Made by a program: the position numbers and the translations under genes. DNA of 64,000 nucleotides, taken from the NCBI RefSeq assembly GCF_006345805.1, contig NC_043004.1:21514001-21578000 (forward strand), written 5' to 3'. Under the pieces are notes generated by a model. The model was not told the DNA's origin, did not search any database, and saw only the letters and a list, made by a program, of their open reading frames with translations. The first letter of the stretch is position 1. Every line of letters starts with the position of its first letter. The stretch is from Octopus sinensis. Lineage: Eukaryota. Positions 36,050 to 49,739 of this stretch are shown here, piece by piece.

Positions 36050-37480
36050 CTGTATGTGTCTCTTTAACTCTGTAGGCTCGCACATGCGTGACACATTTCT
36101 CATTATTCTGACGAGGTCTGCCATCAAAATATTGAATTTGGCATTGTCTGCAATATTTCATTCACCGCATGCAGTTCTCAGGTTACAGCCATAAAGAAAG
36201 GATCAGAGTATACAAAGGAGTCATGAAGAAATTTGATAATATATTATGTAATGATAGGAATGGGATTTGCCCACTCCAAAGGAACAAGTCATGGAACACT
36301 ATAGAAAGGACAAAAAAGAAAATAGGGAAGGCCAACTCTTGGTATGATAGCCATAAATACTAGAGTGTCATGTTCGTTGACACCACCCCTGGAGGTGAAC
36401 TGGCGTACCGCTTTAGAAGGACCCTAGACAAAATTAAGCTAAGAATTAAGGTTGTTGAAAAGCCAGGCAACCCTATCAAATCTATAATTGGTAGAACCTA
36501 TCCTTTTAGTAGAACCCCCTGTACGGATAAGTACTGTACTGTATGTAGATTTAGCCCACAAAAAACCAGAAATGTAGTCTATAGTATAAGATGTATAGAG
36601 GGACGATGCAGTAACAAGACAACGACATACGTAGGGGAAACGGCAAGAAGCATAGGAGAGCGGGTAAATGAAAATTGGAGACAACTCAAGGAAGGTAAAA
36701 GCTCATCGATTCTGTACCAACACGCCGAACAGGAAAGGGGGGATCAATCAACAATATAGAAATTAAAATATTGTCCACACATAGAACAGATGCAACAATC
36801 AGACAAATTACAGAAGCTACACACATAATAGAAAATAAACCTAGCATGAATAGAAAACTAGAATGGAGCACTAGCACACACCACAACATATGACGATAGA
36901 GGATCCCGAAAACATAATAAATACACAGATAAATAAACAAATAGAAATAAATAACTATATATATATATATATATTTTTTTTTTTCTTCGATTCGATTTAT
37001 TATTATTATTACTAGTATTGTTGTTATACATACATACATACATACATACATGCATACATACAAGCATATGTAATGATAATAATAAGTGGATGTAAACACA
37101 TGAACAAAATAAGAATAAACAAAAACAACAACAACAAAAACAAAATACAAATTACATGAACGTATATAAACATAAGATACAAATATTACAGGCATCCCCC
37201 CACATACACACACTAAATAAACATAGACGCACATAGAGATATAAGCATGCGCAAATAAAGACATACAATAGAAATACAAAATGGCTGACAGTTAGTAAGG
37301 AGAGACATAAATAAGAAAGAAGAAAACAAAGGACCACTGATGCGGTCACAGGAGTGTGACAAAAGAACTCTGGCCGAAATAAGATTAAGATTAATGTAAA
37401 AAATAAATAACACTGAAGCAAAATAATACCAAATATATAGTGCATGTGTTTTCATTGGCTAAACTGGCAAAATCACCATT
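36050..37480 (+). mobile_element. Penelope-like element 3' part: thumb, GIY-YIG endonuclease and 3' region
   Basis: VMFVDTTPGGELA, NVVYSIRC..YVGETARSIGER (GIY-YIG), IRQITEATHI. Confidence 0.9.
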
Positions 37481-37493
37481 CCAAAATATAACA

Positions 37494-37525
<32 letters not shown>

Positions 37526-40500
37526 GTATTTATGTAAATATACTTACCATCATACCCATCAACATGCAGGCAGGCAAACATGTATCATATACAACCATTC
37601 TGATATCTACAGAATATGAACTTGTATTTTGTTCTCATCCTAATGCGAAATAAGTTTAATTCTGTTGAAAATACTTTATTGAGGCTGATTTTGTTGCTGT
37701 TGCCTTCATTGTTATTGATAATCTGCCCTAGGTAAATTTTGATTCAAGGGAACCCTGATTGCAGGTAAATTCTGATTCAGGACAGCCTGATCCCAGCAGC
37801 AACAGTTGCTATGCTATATTTTATGCAATGCTTCTAGGAATATGCTAGCAAATGCAATATTTCTTTTCAAGATGCTAGGAATGTGTTTTAAGGCACGTTT
37901 GGTTACTATGTCTTACATGCTGAGTGAGCATTTAATGCATATCGTTATACTACAAAGAAGTAACATTTGAATATTCATAATTATGTTGCATCACTTGTGA
38001 AAACTATTTTACTAATAGTTATCAATTTAGAACATACTTGCATGTTTCAAATACACAAGAATTATATTATCAAAAATCACCAGAGTTTTAGACTTGATCA
38101 TTAGAATTTCAGATACACCACTTGTCTTGCCATAGGTCATTATAATTTGTGGAGATATCTAATTTTCTATATTTCTGATTCATTAAATTGAATTAAGTAT
38201 ATCAAAATAATGTCTCTTTTCCTAAAGCAAATGATTTCCATACTCTAACAATTCTAGTACGTAAAGTTCGTTTTAAACTTGAAGACAGTTTTGTGTGTTG
38301 TCTCTAATAAGATGTTTAAAGACTTTATTATGTGTAATTAAACATTATTATTTAATCCAAATTCTAAACTGGTGTCATTTTGCAAACGGTTGATACTTTC
38401 AGTGCAAATGTCTTGTTGAATTTCATGTTAATCTTGATCAAGGAGATATTCTAAATATTCTTGTCACAGCTATCACCGACTCATCTCTAGAATTTCATCA
38501 TCTAATGTGTATTTCATTCTCTTTCTATTGAGAGAGAAGGTAGTGCATGACCTTCATAAAGTTTCTATAACTAGCAGGATGAAGGATATCCACAAACTGG
38601 ATACCTGGCCCAAATGCTTGCATTGGAATGAACTTCTACACCGCTGGAATCCAAGATGCCATGTGGTAGCAATAGACCAAGTGATAGATTACATGCCATA
38701 GTGTAATTTAAAGTCTCAATGCAGAGCTGAAGCAAAATATCAAGAGGGATCCTGTCTAACTGATTGTTAGTCAGGAGAAGTAGTCCTCCTGGATTGGCAC
38801 ATTTTGTAGATGTCAAAAGGATGAAAGGCAATCTTGACTGTAGTAGGATTTGAACTCAGAATGCCAATATCAGAAAAATACCGAAAAGAAATCTCTGGCA
38901 TTCCGATATCTGTGCCAATCTGCTGATCTTACTTTTCTTAAGAGAGCCATTTGATTGAACATTTTAATGAGTCAAGTGACTACATGCAGGCTCTTTTTTG
39001 ACTGAGATTTGGCAGATTTTTTGAAATGGTGGAATGTTGAGAAAGCTGCTTGTATTTTATTTGATCATTTAAAAATCTAATTACTTGTAGGGACACCATA
39101 TTTTATTATGCAACCATTATATACTGCAAAGTAAATTAAATGCTTTATAAGTCAACACTGTGTCTTACTGTGTTAGCAGAGCTATTAAATCACTTGCTAA
39201 GGTTATTTCTACATATTTTGCTACAAAAATTGCTGTAGCCAGCACTGATTATATTGTTGTTTACATTAGACATGTTGTGATACGAAATATCATAACAAAT
39301 CAGTGCTGACTATAATTTCTTTTGAAAAATCTATGGAGTTAACCTTATCAAATGTTTAAAATCTAAGGTTAAATCTTGCTAGTGCTGATCATTTTACCTC
39401 AGTTACATAGTCATTAACTATCAATTTTATCAATTACTAAAAGTTAGTTGGTTATATTATAAAGTATATACATAATATTTTCTTTTCTGTGCTTTTATGT
39501 CATCAAATGAACCCCTAAAACTTCCTATCAAATGATCCCCTAAAACTTCCCATAACAAACTCTGTGCATTTGTTTAGGGAATTTTCATGGAAATATATGA
39601 AAGTGGGTTTCTTATTACCTTTTTTGGTTAGTTTATTTTAAGACTCCATCTTGTCAGCTAAATACATCTTTGTCACACCTACCTGAGCACTTACAGAGCA
39701 AGAAAAAATAAGTGCCACAAGGCACTTTATCAAACACTGTAATCCACCATCTGCAGTTAGTACTTTATAGTAACTCAAAGTTGATTTTGATGGAATTTGA
39801 ATTCATAGTGTAAAACGTTGGAACCAAACCACAAGGCATATTCTCCAATTCTGTAACTATTTAGCTACTTTAATTATTGATTCCCCTTTACATAAGTTAT
39901 TTCCTAGACCCCTTTAAATGTTGGCTTTGTGATTGGTGGAAAGAAAACAAGTATCTTTCCAATAACAGGACAGTATCAAAATCAATCGATTATTCTGTTT
40001 TCAAACACATATTGCCTACAGAAAGAGTTAACAAGGATTACAGTAGGGAATATAAAGGTGAATAAATAATTTCAAAATATTTTAGCAAGCTGGACCAAGA
40101 TGAGAAGTGAAGTATCTGAACTATTATTCCAAAACATTTCTCGTGTCCCTAATTTTTGATTTTTTTCATGTATTACTTGAAATTAAAGCTGAAAGAATCA
40201 TTTTTATATATAGGTAAAACTTCAGGTGCTTAGGTTATCTAAGCAAGTGCAAATCATTTACCAACATTGTGACTATTTAATGCACCAGCAATAGTTATAG
40301 TCTTTTGTATATTATTTTGTATATTTCTTGCAATTCTACTACATGTTATAATGTATCTGTTGCAGGATATGCAAGAGATCATGTTACAAATGTGTAATAC
40401 TTGATAATATGCAATCTTATGGAAATTACTTTTTTTTAAAAATGTTAATACAAAGCAGTGTTCTGTCCTGACCTAAGCAGTCATGGTTTTAAACAAATAG

Positions 40501-41127
40501 AAAAACTAAGCATTATGCATTTTTAACAATCAAACATCTGCAACATGATGCAACATGTTTAGCTTTAAGCCATACTGTTAGTATCAACTGATAAGAAATC
40601 GTTTATTTTGAAACCTGTAAAGTTAGTTCTTAAAGACAGAGATATTTACCCCAGGAAACATACCTTTATATGTAATTATTCTCTCTCTTCCACTCTCCCT
40701 TTCCGTCTGTCAGTCTGTCTCTTTATCTCTCTCTCTCTTTGTGTGTATGTGAGTGTGTGTGTGTGTGTTTTATTATTTGACAGCAGAAAGGGGTGCAATG
40801 GCTATCACCTGCATGCAATCTCTATATTTAGGTGAAAAGAAACCTGGAGAGATGGAAGAATGAGATACAGTGTGGTGTAGTGTGCGAATAATTATGTAAA
40901 AAATACTAAGCAGTGTTTTGGGGTGAGATACAATAAAGATGTTGAGAGTAGTAAAGTCTGGTACATTGAACAGCCTCAAGTCAGGCAGTATGCATTGTAG
41001 CCACAATGAAAGAAAAACTCTTAGAAAAACAGGCAGACATGGTTGAGAGTGGAAGCACTTAGTTGGTTGAGGAAATATTTGCCAATCAACTGGACAACCC
41101 CTTTCAGAGTTGCAGTTTATGAGACAG

Positions 41128-41488
41128 CCACAGGAGTGGTTGCTTACCAACCATATGGTTCTGGATTCAGACCCTCTGCGTGGCACCTTGGGCAAATGTC
41201 TTTTGCTATAGCCTTGGGCTGACCAAAGCCTTGTGAATGTATTTGGTTGATAAAAACTGAAAGAAACCTGTTGTATGTGTGTGTGTGTCTGTTGTTGTTC
41301 CCCCAACATCACTTGACAACCGATGCTGGTGTGTTTACGACCTTGTAACATAGCGGCTTGGCAAAAGAGACTGATAGAATAAGTACTAGGATTACAAAAA
41401 TTAAGTCTTGGGGTTGATTTGCTCAACTAAAGGTGGTGCTCCAGCATGGCCACAGACTGAAACAAATAAAAGAATAAATGAATAAAAG
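41128..41488 (+). mobile_element. Type A SINE
   Basis: Head and tail homology. Confidence 0.9.
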
Positions 41489-41602
41489 TAGTTCAAGTGA
41501 TATTTGGTTGTTTTGGTGGGTAACTCACAAATCAGGATAGTAATAGCTTAGATATTTGGGTAAAGATTTTCTAAGTGTTATAGATATGTGGTTAATATAT
41601 TA

Positions 41603-41800
41603 AAAGGTAGCAAGCTGGCAGAATCATTAGCATGCCAGGAAAAATGCTTAGCAGCATTTCATCTAACTTTATGTTCAGAGTTCAAATTCGATCAAGGTTG
41701 ATTGCCTTTCATCTTTTCAGGAGTCGATAAAATAAGTACCAGTTGAGCACTTGGGTTGATTTAATTGACTTAGCTCCTTCCTCAAACCTGCTAATTTAAA
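41603..41800 (+). mobile_element. Type B SINE, degraded
   Basis: Head and core homology. Confidence 0.82.
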
Positions 41801-41937
41801 GGCAATAATGCAATTGTCTGAGATTTTGGAAGCTTTATTTTGGAAGCTATAGGGAATATGAGAGTATTAACCATGTATTGTTTACGAGAAGGTAATGTGC
41901 AATATTGCCATTGAGAAGGATTTTATCATCTATATAG

Positions 41938-42347
41938 ATGCAGGCATGGCTGTGTGGTAAGAAATGTACTTCCCAACCAGATGGTTTTGGGTTCAGTCCC
42001 ATTGTGTGGTACCTTGGACACCTTGTGAGTGGATTTGGTAGAGAGACTCTGAAAGGAGCCCGTTGTATATATATATATATATTATATATATATATATATA
42101 TATATGTATATCTGAGTGTGTGTATATGTGCTCCTCTGTGTCTGTATTTTTTTCCCACCACAACTTGACAACTAGCGTTGGTGTGTTTACATCCCAGTAA
42201 CTTAGCAGTTCAGTGAAAGAAAGTGATAAATAATTATTAGCCTCAAAAATATGTCCTGGGGTTGATTTGTTCAACTGAAACCCATCAAGGCAGTGCTCCA
42301 GCATGGCCACAGTCAAATGACTGAAACAAGTAAAAGAATAAAAGAAT
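41938..42347 (+). mobile_element. Type A SINE
   Basis: Head and tail homology; internal (TA)n. Confidence 0.9.
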
Positions 42348-43595
42348 ATAAATGTAGCGCATTTGGGACGTGTTCTCTAGCATACATTTGGATGTTGCAT
42401 GTGTACAGTAAGTTCCTTGTATGGAAGATTATTGTCGTACTTGGGCAGGGTCACCATCTTGTCACTTGGATTTCCATGAAGAAATTCAGAAGTGAATCTC
42501 TTCTTTCAATTCTTCAATCTTTGTCACATCGATGTCTCCAAACTTAGTCTTTTCTATGGCTATTACCACAGGCAGTTCTCTGGTGAACATTCACTTTTAG
42601 CTCTGGATCACTTTGTGCTATCTCACCTGAGATGAAACTCACAACATCACTATTTGAATGTTGTAACTTTCATGAATAAGGAAGCCTATCTACAGTGGTA
42701 GGTATTTTCTTTGAACTGCCAGACTTTGGAACCCTCATCTATCTTATGTTTTCCTCCTCCTCGTGACCTGAACTCTTTCATGTCAAGTGGAAATTCATTC
42801 CTTTCATCTTAATTTTTCCTTCATACTCACACTAAGTAGCTTCTCACCTTGTTTGGGACTTTCTTATAAATAATTAAAACAGAAAATACAAATATAGTTG
42901 AATGAAATATGTTGATGAGACAGATAAGCATTTTATCTGGTGTTAGATACGAGATGAAATTTCTGCATGCTGGTCTACAACTTGCCATTTATCTTTTACT
43001 TGTATCAATCATTTGATTGCAGCCATGCTTAAGTAGGTAACTTTTTAGAAAGGCCAAAATTCCATCTGTCATAGACTAAGTAATAATTTAGTAAAACACA
43101 TTGCATTTGAATTGATATATAAACTGGCATTCAACTAACTTATCCACATACATATTTAGAATATATAAATTTATTGTATTATAGAAATATTTATGACTAA
43201 TATTTTCACTTAAATAGGAATAAGCAACATGTAATTTAGCTGGGCAAATAAACTGTTTGGTAAATCAATATGAAGACTAAGAAATATGTGGTAATCACTA
43301 CAGTGAAATTGATAAATGTTGTATAAATAATCGCAACAAATGCCTGATAATTTACTTAGATGTTAAGCAATTATTTATCTCTGTACCACAGAGTATAATC
43401 ATTGACACTGTTGAATATCAAACAATTGAACACTAGCAAGGCAAACAATTCTCTTCTACTCTGCAACAGCAATCAGATTATAAAAGTAAGTAAAAGTAGT
43501 TACATGGATGGCTGTTAATCCAATACAATGTAATAGTATTACTCAGATGCTGAAATATAGGTTATATATTACAACCACAATCAATGAGGAGAATT

Positions 43596-43812
43596 AAGGC
43601 AATCGGCTGGCAGAAATGTTAGCACACAGGGCAAAATACTTAGTGGTATTTCGTCTGTCTTTATGTTCTGAGTTCAAATTCTGCCGAGGTCGACTTTGCC
43701 TTTCATCCTTTCGGGGTCGATAAAATAAGTACCAGTTGTGTACTGGGGTCGATCTAATCGAATGGCTCCCTCCTCAACAATTTCGGGCCTTGTGCCTAGA
43801 GTAGAAAAGAAT
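43596..43812 (+). mobile_element. Type B SINE (alternative tail ..GGGCCTTGTGCCTAGAGTAGAAAAGA)
   Basis: Head and core homology; AATGAGGAG repeated on both flanks (possible TSD). Confidence 0.88.
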
Positions 43813-44699
43813 GAATGAGGAGTATTCCTCTCAGGTAATTGCAAACATCATAATCATCAGTCATGAATAAAACTGTTGGGGAGTTCAAAGACTTGCACAC
43901 ATTTTTTTAAGAAGGCTTTATATGATATTTGTCTGATTTTAGCTCAAAGTGGAAAACCCCTCATTCAAGCACACCAGCTATATTCTAATAAGGGACTCAC
44001 ACTCATGAGTAAAATTGACTTAAATAGAAAGATAAAACATTACATATCATTTACTATATGTCATTATATATTTTATATATATCATATTGAAATTGAAGAT
44101 GTTCTGTTTCATTTCATACTTTTTACTAAAATTTGCTTTTGTTATATTTGAATACATTTATTTCAACTGTGATTACAATAGATGTTTTCTGAATTTTATA
44201 TTACAAGTAGTGTACTTGTAGCTATTTCCATGGACAGAGGAACAATGAGAATATTATGAATTTGCTGTTAGTTATGATATATTCTATTTCAAATTCATAG
44301 TAGTATGTGTCTCTATAAAACCAATAAATTCCTCCATGCCTACCCCTGCTGGTAATGTTCGTATGTATGATATTAAATAGATATGTTACTAGGAACTTCA
44401 GAAGGAGCATACACACATGCACACACACACACACATGTACACCACACACACACACACACATTCATGTACACATACACACAGATATTGACACATGCCAGAA
44501 TGAGTGAATTTTATAATTTAGAATGACAAGTAACTTATGAGTGAAATTTCGTAGATTGACTCAGACATCGCTCTTATTCATACATATATACATACATGTA
44601 CATATGTATATCAGTGTGTGTGTGTGTGAATATTTGTACATGCATGTTTACATACATATATATATGTATATGTATATATATATATATGTATATATATAT

Positions 44700-45002
44700 A
44701 TCATCATCATCGTTTAACGTCCACTTTCCATGCTAGCATGGGTTGGACGGTTCAACTGGGGTCTGGCAAGCTTGAAGGCTGCACCAGGCCAGTCAGATCT
44801 GGCAGTGTTTCTACAGCTGGATGCCCTTCCTAACGCCAACCACTCCGAGAGTGTAGTGGGTGATTTTATGTGCCACCGACACAGGTGCCAGGCGAGGCTG
44901 GCAGACGGCCATGCTCGGATGGTGTTTTTATGTGCCAGACGAGGCTGGGAGACGGCCACGCTCGGATGGTGTTTTTATGTGCCACCGACACAGGTGCCAG
45001 AC

Positions 45003-45003
<1 letters not shown>
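44700..45003 (-). mobile_element. RTE family F 3' UTR, 5'-truncated, between (TA)n tracts
   Basis: Homology to 31860-32130. Confidence 0.9.
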
Positions 45004-45063
<60 letters not shown>

Positions 45064-45351
45064 CATGTGATCTCTGTGTATGTGTGTGTGAATATTTGTA
45101 CATCTATGCATGTGTGTATGTATGTATATATATATACAGGATCTCACAGAAGTATATACACCCCTAAAAACTTTTAGCAAAATTACCATTACTCTGGTAA
45201 TATCAAAGGAAATAAAATATATTACACATGCAATCACTATACAAATTTGGAATACAAAATGATAAGCATTTTCAAAGATATGAACAAAATATTAATTTCC
45301 AAAAGTTACAAAAATATGTACACCCTAAAGGAAATTTGCTATATTCAATAT

Positions 45352-45899
45352 AGGCACAGGAGTGGCTGTGTGGTAAGTAAGTTGCTTACCAACCACATGG
45401 TTCCACATTCAGTCCCACTGTGTCTTCCCAAGTGTCTTCTACTATAGCCTCGGGCCAACCGAAGCCTTGTGAGTGGATTTGGTAGACAGAAACTGAAAGA
45501 AACCTGTCATATGCATGTGTGTATATATATATACTAGCAGTATCGCCCGGCGTTGCTCGGGTTTGTAAGGGAAATAACTATAAAGCATTTTTAGATAGTT
45601 ATAGCCAAAAAATTGGGAAAAAATGATGGTAAATTTTTTTTTAGCTAAAAAGGTCGATGTGCGTCCCCTAGACAGTCTGTGGTTTGTGTTTCTGATTCTC
45701 GACCCCATGTCGAATTTATCGATTTTTTTCAGAACTGGGGGAACTTTTCAAAATTTTCGCTGCGTTAGTTTTGAATTATGACATTGGGCTATGTGTGTGT
45801 CAAGTTTCATCAGAATCGGTTGAAAGCCGTGGTCAGGGTGAGGGTACAAGCAAACAGACACACAGAAACACACACAGACAAACTGCCGTTTATATATAG

Positions 45900-45935
<36 letters not shown>

Positions 45936-46180
45936 ATATATGTGGGTGTATGTGTGTGTGTGTATGTATATGTTTGTGTGTCTGTGTTTGTCCCTCCCAA
46001 CGTCGCTTGACAACTGATGCGGGTGTGTTTACGTCCCCATAACTTAGTGGTTCAGCAAAAGAGGCCAATAGAATAAGTACTAGGCTTACAAAGAATAAGT
46101 CCTGGGGTTTATTTGCTCGTGGTGGTGCTCCAGCATGGCTGCAGTCAAATCACTGAGACAAGTAAAAGAGTAAAAGAGAA
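45352..46180 (+). mobile_element. Type A SINE nested in the Tc1 and split by a further insertion
   Basis: Head 45352-45532; tail 45904-46180. Confidence 0.9.
45533..45903 (+). mobile_element. Non-autonomous Helitron/Helentron-like element (DINE-1/HINE architecture)
   Basis: Starts ACTAGCAG followed by palindromic CCCGGCGTTGCTCGGG; ends in (ACAG)-type repeats plus GCCGTTTATATATAGAGAT; inserted in a TA tract with no obvious TSD. Confidence 0.65.
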
Positions 46181-46379
46181 TACTGCTGATCATTTCACTT
46201 CTAATAAATTATTTCTCCTGGCATTTTTGCACCGGTCATTGTTATTGCATCTGCAGGAGTTCTGATTTGTGTACCATGGTGAAAATCTTCTTCATTGTGA
46301 TTAACATAGCACCGAAAGGATAAGAATTGTCTGAAGATTTGAAGAAAATAAATTTTAATTTTCAGAATAATGGTTTAGG

Positions 46380-47310
46380 ATGCAAGTTAATTAGCAAATG
46401 AATATATATTAGCATAAACACAGTTACCAAAGTAATTTAGAAGTACAAAGCTACTGGACAGCTAAGCAATACACATCGTTCTGGTCACCCTTCTATTTTA
46501 ACTTCACAAGATATATTCACCACATCCAATGTTGCATGTTGGATGACAGGCATCGTACCACTTCATCTTTGGTCCATGAGGTGTCATCTGTTAGTGGAAA
46601 GAGTGTATCTGTCCAAACAGTTCATTAAAGTTTGAACCAGTGTGGTCTGGTCGTCATGGATCTTTCCTCACTGCCAGGCAGAAATCAAGTCATCTTTCTT
46701 TTGCTGAAACCTATTTGAGTAAGGGGAAGGAGTTTGGGTATAAAAAAATTGTTTCTGACGAAACTAAAATCAACTTGTTTAGGTCAGATGGTATCATACG
46801 AATATGACGATGACAAAGTGAAGATAATAGTGACAAATGCACTGTGTCTACTGGTGGCAGAAGTGTTATGCTTTGGGAATGCATGAGTGCAGCTGGTGTG
46901 GGAGCACTCACATTTATTGAGAGAACAATGGATTCAAAGCTTTATTGTGACATATTGCAGAAAACAATGTTGAAAAGCATCAAGGAACTAAGAAGGCATT
47001 CCATGTTCTAACATGATAATGACCCTAAACACACTTCAGAGATAACAACTAAGTTTTTATCAGAAAAAAAGGTATTGCTTTGGCCTACCATGTCACCTGA
47101 TTTAAACCCAACAGAACATCTGTGGGGTGTTTTGAAAAGGAAGGTTGAGGAGATAATAACCCTGCTATGTAACACAGCTCAAAGACATCCTTCACAGCTC
47201 AAAGACATCCTTCAGGATAAATGGACCGGTTATATGTGAAAATTCTGTCGACTCTATGCCCAGAAGATTTAATGCAGTCATTGAAAGCAAGGGCAGTCAC
47301 ACCAAATATT
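46380..47310 (+). pseudogene. Tc1 transposase, disrupted
   Basis: HTH (HRSGHPSILT..VSVQTVH) and catalytic motifs with stops and frameshifts. Confidence 0.9.
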
Positions 47311-47625
47311 GAATATAGCAAGTATTTTTTGGGTGTACATATTTTTGTATCATTTGAAAATTAATGTTTCATTGATATCTTTGAAAATGTATATTGTTTT
47401 GTGTTCCAAATTTGTATAATGTATGCATGTATAATATATTTTATTCAGTATAAATTTCCCTTGATTTCTTTGATATTATCAGAATAATGGCAATTTTACT
47501 GAAATATTTTAGGGGTATACATACTTCTGTGAGATACTGTATTTTTACATGTGAGTGTGCGTATGTGTGTGTGTGTGTAAATGTATAATTGCCTTATTAT
47601 AAATATATATAAAACTTACACATAT

Positions 47626-47667
<42 letters not shown>

Positions 47668-48340
47668 GTGTGTGAGTGTGTGTATGTGTGTAAATGTTTG
47701 TACATGCATATATATGTAAATGTACATGTGCCTTATTATAAATACATATAAAACATATCATATATGTACATGTATGTATGTGCTTATACACCTTATAAAC
47801 ACATACATACATATAAATGTGTGTTTGTATTTGGCAGTATATCTTAGGTGTTTCACATAAGCCAAGTGTTGAGTGAAAAATCATAATTTAACAAATTAGT
47901 AAAATTTATGAGAACTCTGAAATACACATCTGACTGAAATAAGTAATGGAGTTGCAATCTCCAAATAAAGGAAAATATACACACACACACACACACACAC
48001 ACATACACACACGCACACACACGTGTGTGTGCATGTATGTATGTGTGTTATTGGTTTTGGCTGGTCAGAAATTTACAATCGGTTTCATGTCTGTATTGGC
48101 TCTTGCCCATAATTGACTCAGTCATTGCCTGTTTTCCTAAAAGCAATAGTAAACGTGAAAGCAATGGTAACTTTCTGAGTGGCCACAGCCAACAACTACA
48201 TAAAAGATAACTTATTACTCCATAGAGATTTTCGGCAGTGGTTTTTTACAGGCTAATGAACAACTGACTTACACACACACACATGTATATATGTGTGTGT
48301 ATATTTGTCTGTCTATTTATATATTCATCAATAGGCAAAT

Positions 48341-48790
48341 CTTTTATCTTTTTTATCTTTTACTTGTTTCAGTCATTAGACTGTGGCCATGCTGGGGCAC
48401 TGCCTTGAAGAGATTTTTACTTGAATGAATCGACACCAGTATTTTTTTTTAAACCTGGTATTTATTCTATCAGTCTATTCTGACAAACTGCTAAGTTATG
48501 TGGATGTAAACACACAAATACCAGTTACCAAGTTGTGTTGGTGGGGGGAAACACTGACACAAAGATGCTTACACATACACACACACACAAACACACATGC
48601 ACACACACAAACTCACATGCACACACACACATACATTCAACATGCTTCTTTCAGTTTCCGCCTACCAAATCTACTCATTGGTTGGACTGTGGCTATGGTA
48701 AATGAGACTTTCTCCTAAGGTGCCATGCAGTGGCACTGGAGCCAGAACCATGCAGTTGGGAAGCAAAACTTTTACCACATAGTCATGTCT
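48341..48790 (-). mobile_element. Type A SINE, degraded
   Basis: Head and tail homology. Confidence 0.85.
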
Positions 48791-48805
48791 GTGTGGTATA
48801 CATAA

Positions 48806-48968
48806 ATCATCATCACCATCACCATCATCACCATCATCATCATCATCATCACCATCATTACCATCATCACCATCACCACCACCACCACCACCACCATCAT
48901 CATTGTCATCGTCATCATTACCACCACCACCACCACTACCACTACCACCACCATCATCATCATCATCC
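48806..48968. repeat. (CAT/CAC)n microsatellite
   Basis: Direct sequence; source of the poly-His ORF. Confidence 0.97.
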
Positions 48969-49691
48969 TTTAATGTCCATTTTCTATGCTGGCAAGTCCA
49001 CTCTCAAACATATGTGAATTTTGTTAAGTGGAGAAATGAAGAATACTGAGTGTGTGTATATATATGAGTGTCATTGTGTGTCTATTTTATTTAAAATGTC
49101 TTGAAATATAAAACTGCCCATAAGATAAATACCACTTCATGGTTTCTTGCCATGATTGTCATCATAATTAATAAACTGCTTCAATACTAAATGGTGGCAC
49201 CTGATCCAAAAGGTCACAAATAGATGTGTGTCATGTATGCGTGATGCTGTTACTCTTCAAGTGTGGAAGTGAAAGGAATCGCTTCCACACTTCAAGACTG
49301 AATTTGAAGAATGTGTATGTGAGGCGAAATTAGTCTCAGCATGATTTAAAGTAGGTGCAATCAACTTTCAATTCATTTACTAATTAACCGGTATTAGATA
49401 TTTAACATGATGTTGCTACTCAAGAAGTTGCAGTTTAGTCGAGCAGATTAACAGTACAGCAAAATATATTGCAGTATCTGTATCATCATCATCATCATCG
49501 TCGTCGTCGTCGCTGTCGTCGTCATCATCATCATCATCATTTAATATCTATTATTCATGCTATTCAATGAATTGGAGTTTGACAAAATCTAACAAAACAG
49601 ACACTGCCATGTTCCATCTTCTGTCAATCTCTTAAATCTATGAATCCATTATGTGTATGTATGTTTGTATATATCTCTGTCTGTAGTAATA

Positions 49692-49737
<46 letters not shown>

Positions 49738-49739
49738 TA

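Larger units (their letters stand above)
45137..47539 (+). mobile_element. Tc1-family transposon with long IR/DR-type TIRs and two nested insertions
   Basis: TIRs 45137-45350 and 47307-47539 with TA TSD; inner and outer TACACCC(C)TAAA repeats; [38 protein letters not shown] (DD34E type). Confidence 0.93.

Noticed and set aside
38520-38790. Possible LINE C-terminal relic or exon
   Set aside because: No motif convincing enough in any frame.
43481-43496. 16-nt micro-exon candidate (CAATCAGATTATAAAA)
   Set aside because: Good splice signals but too short to distinguish from chance without RNA data.
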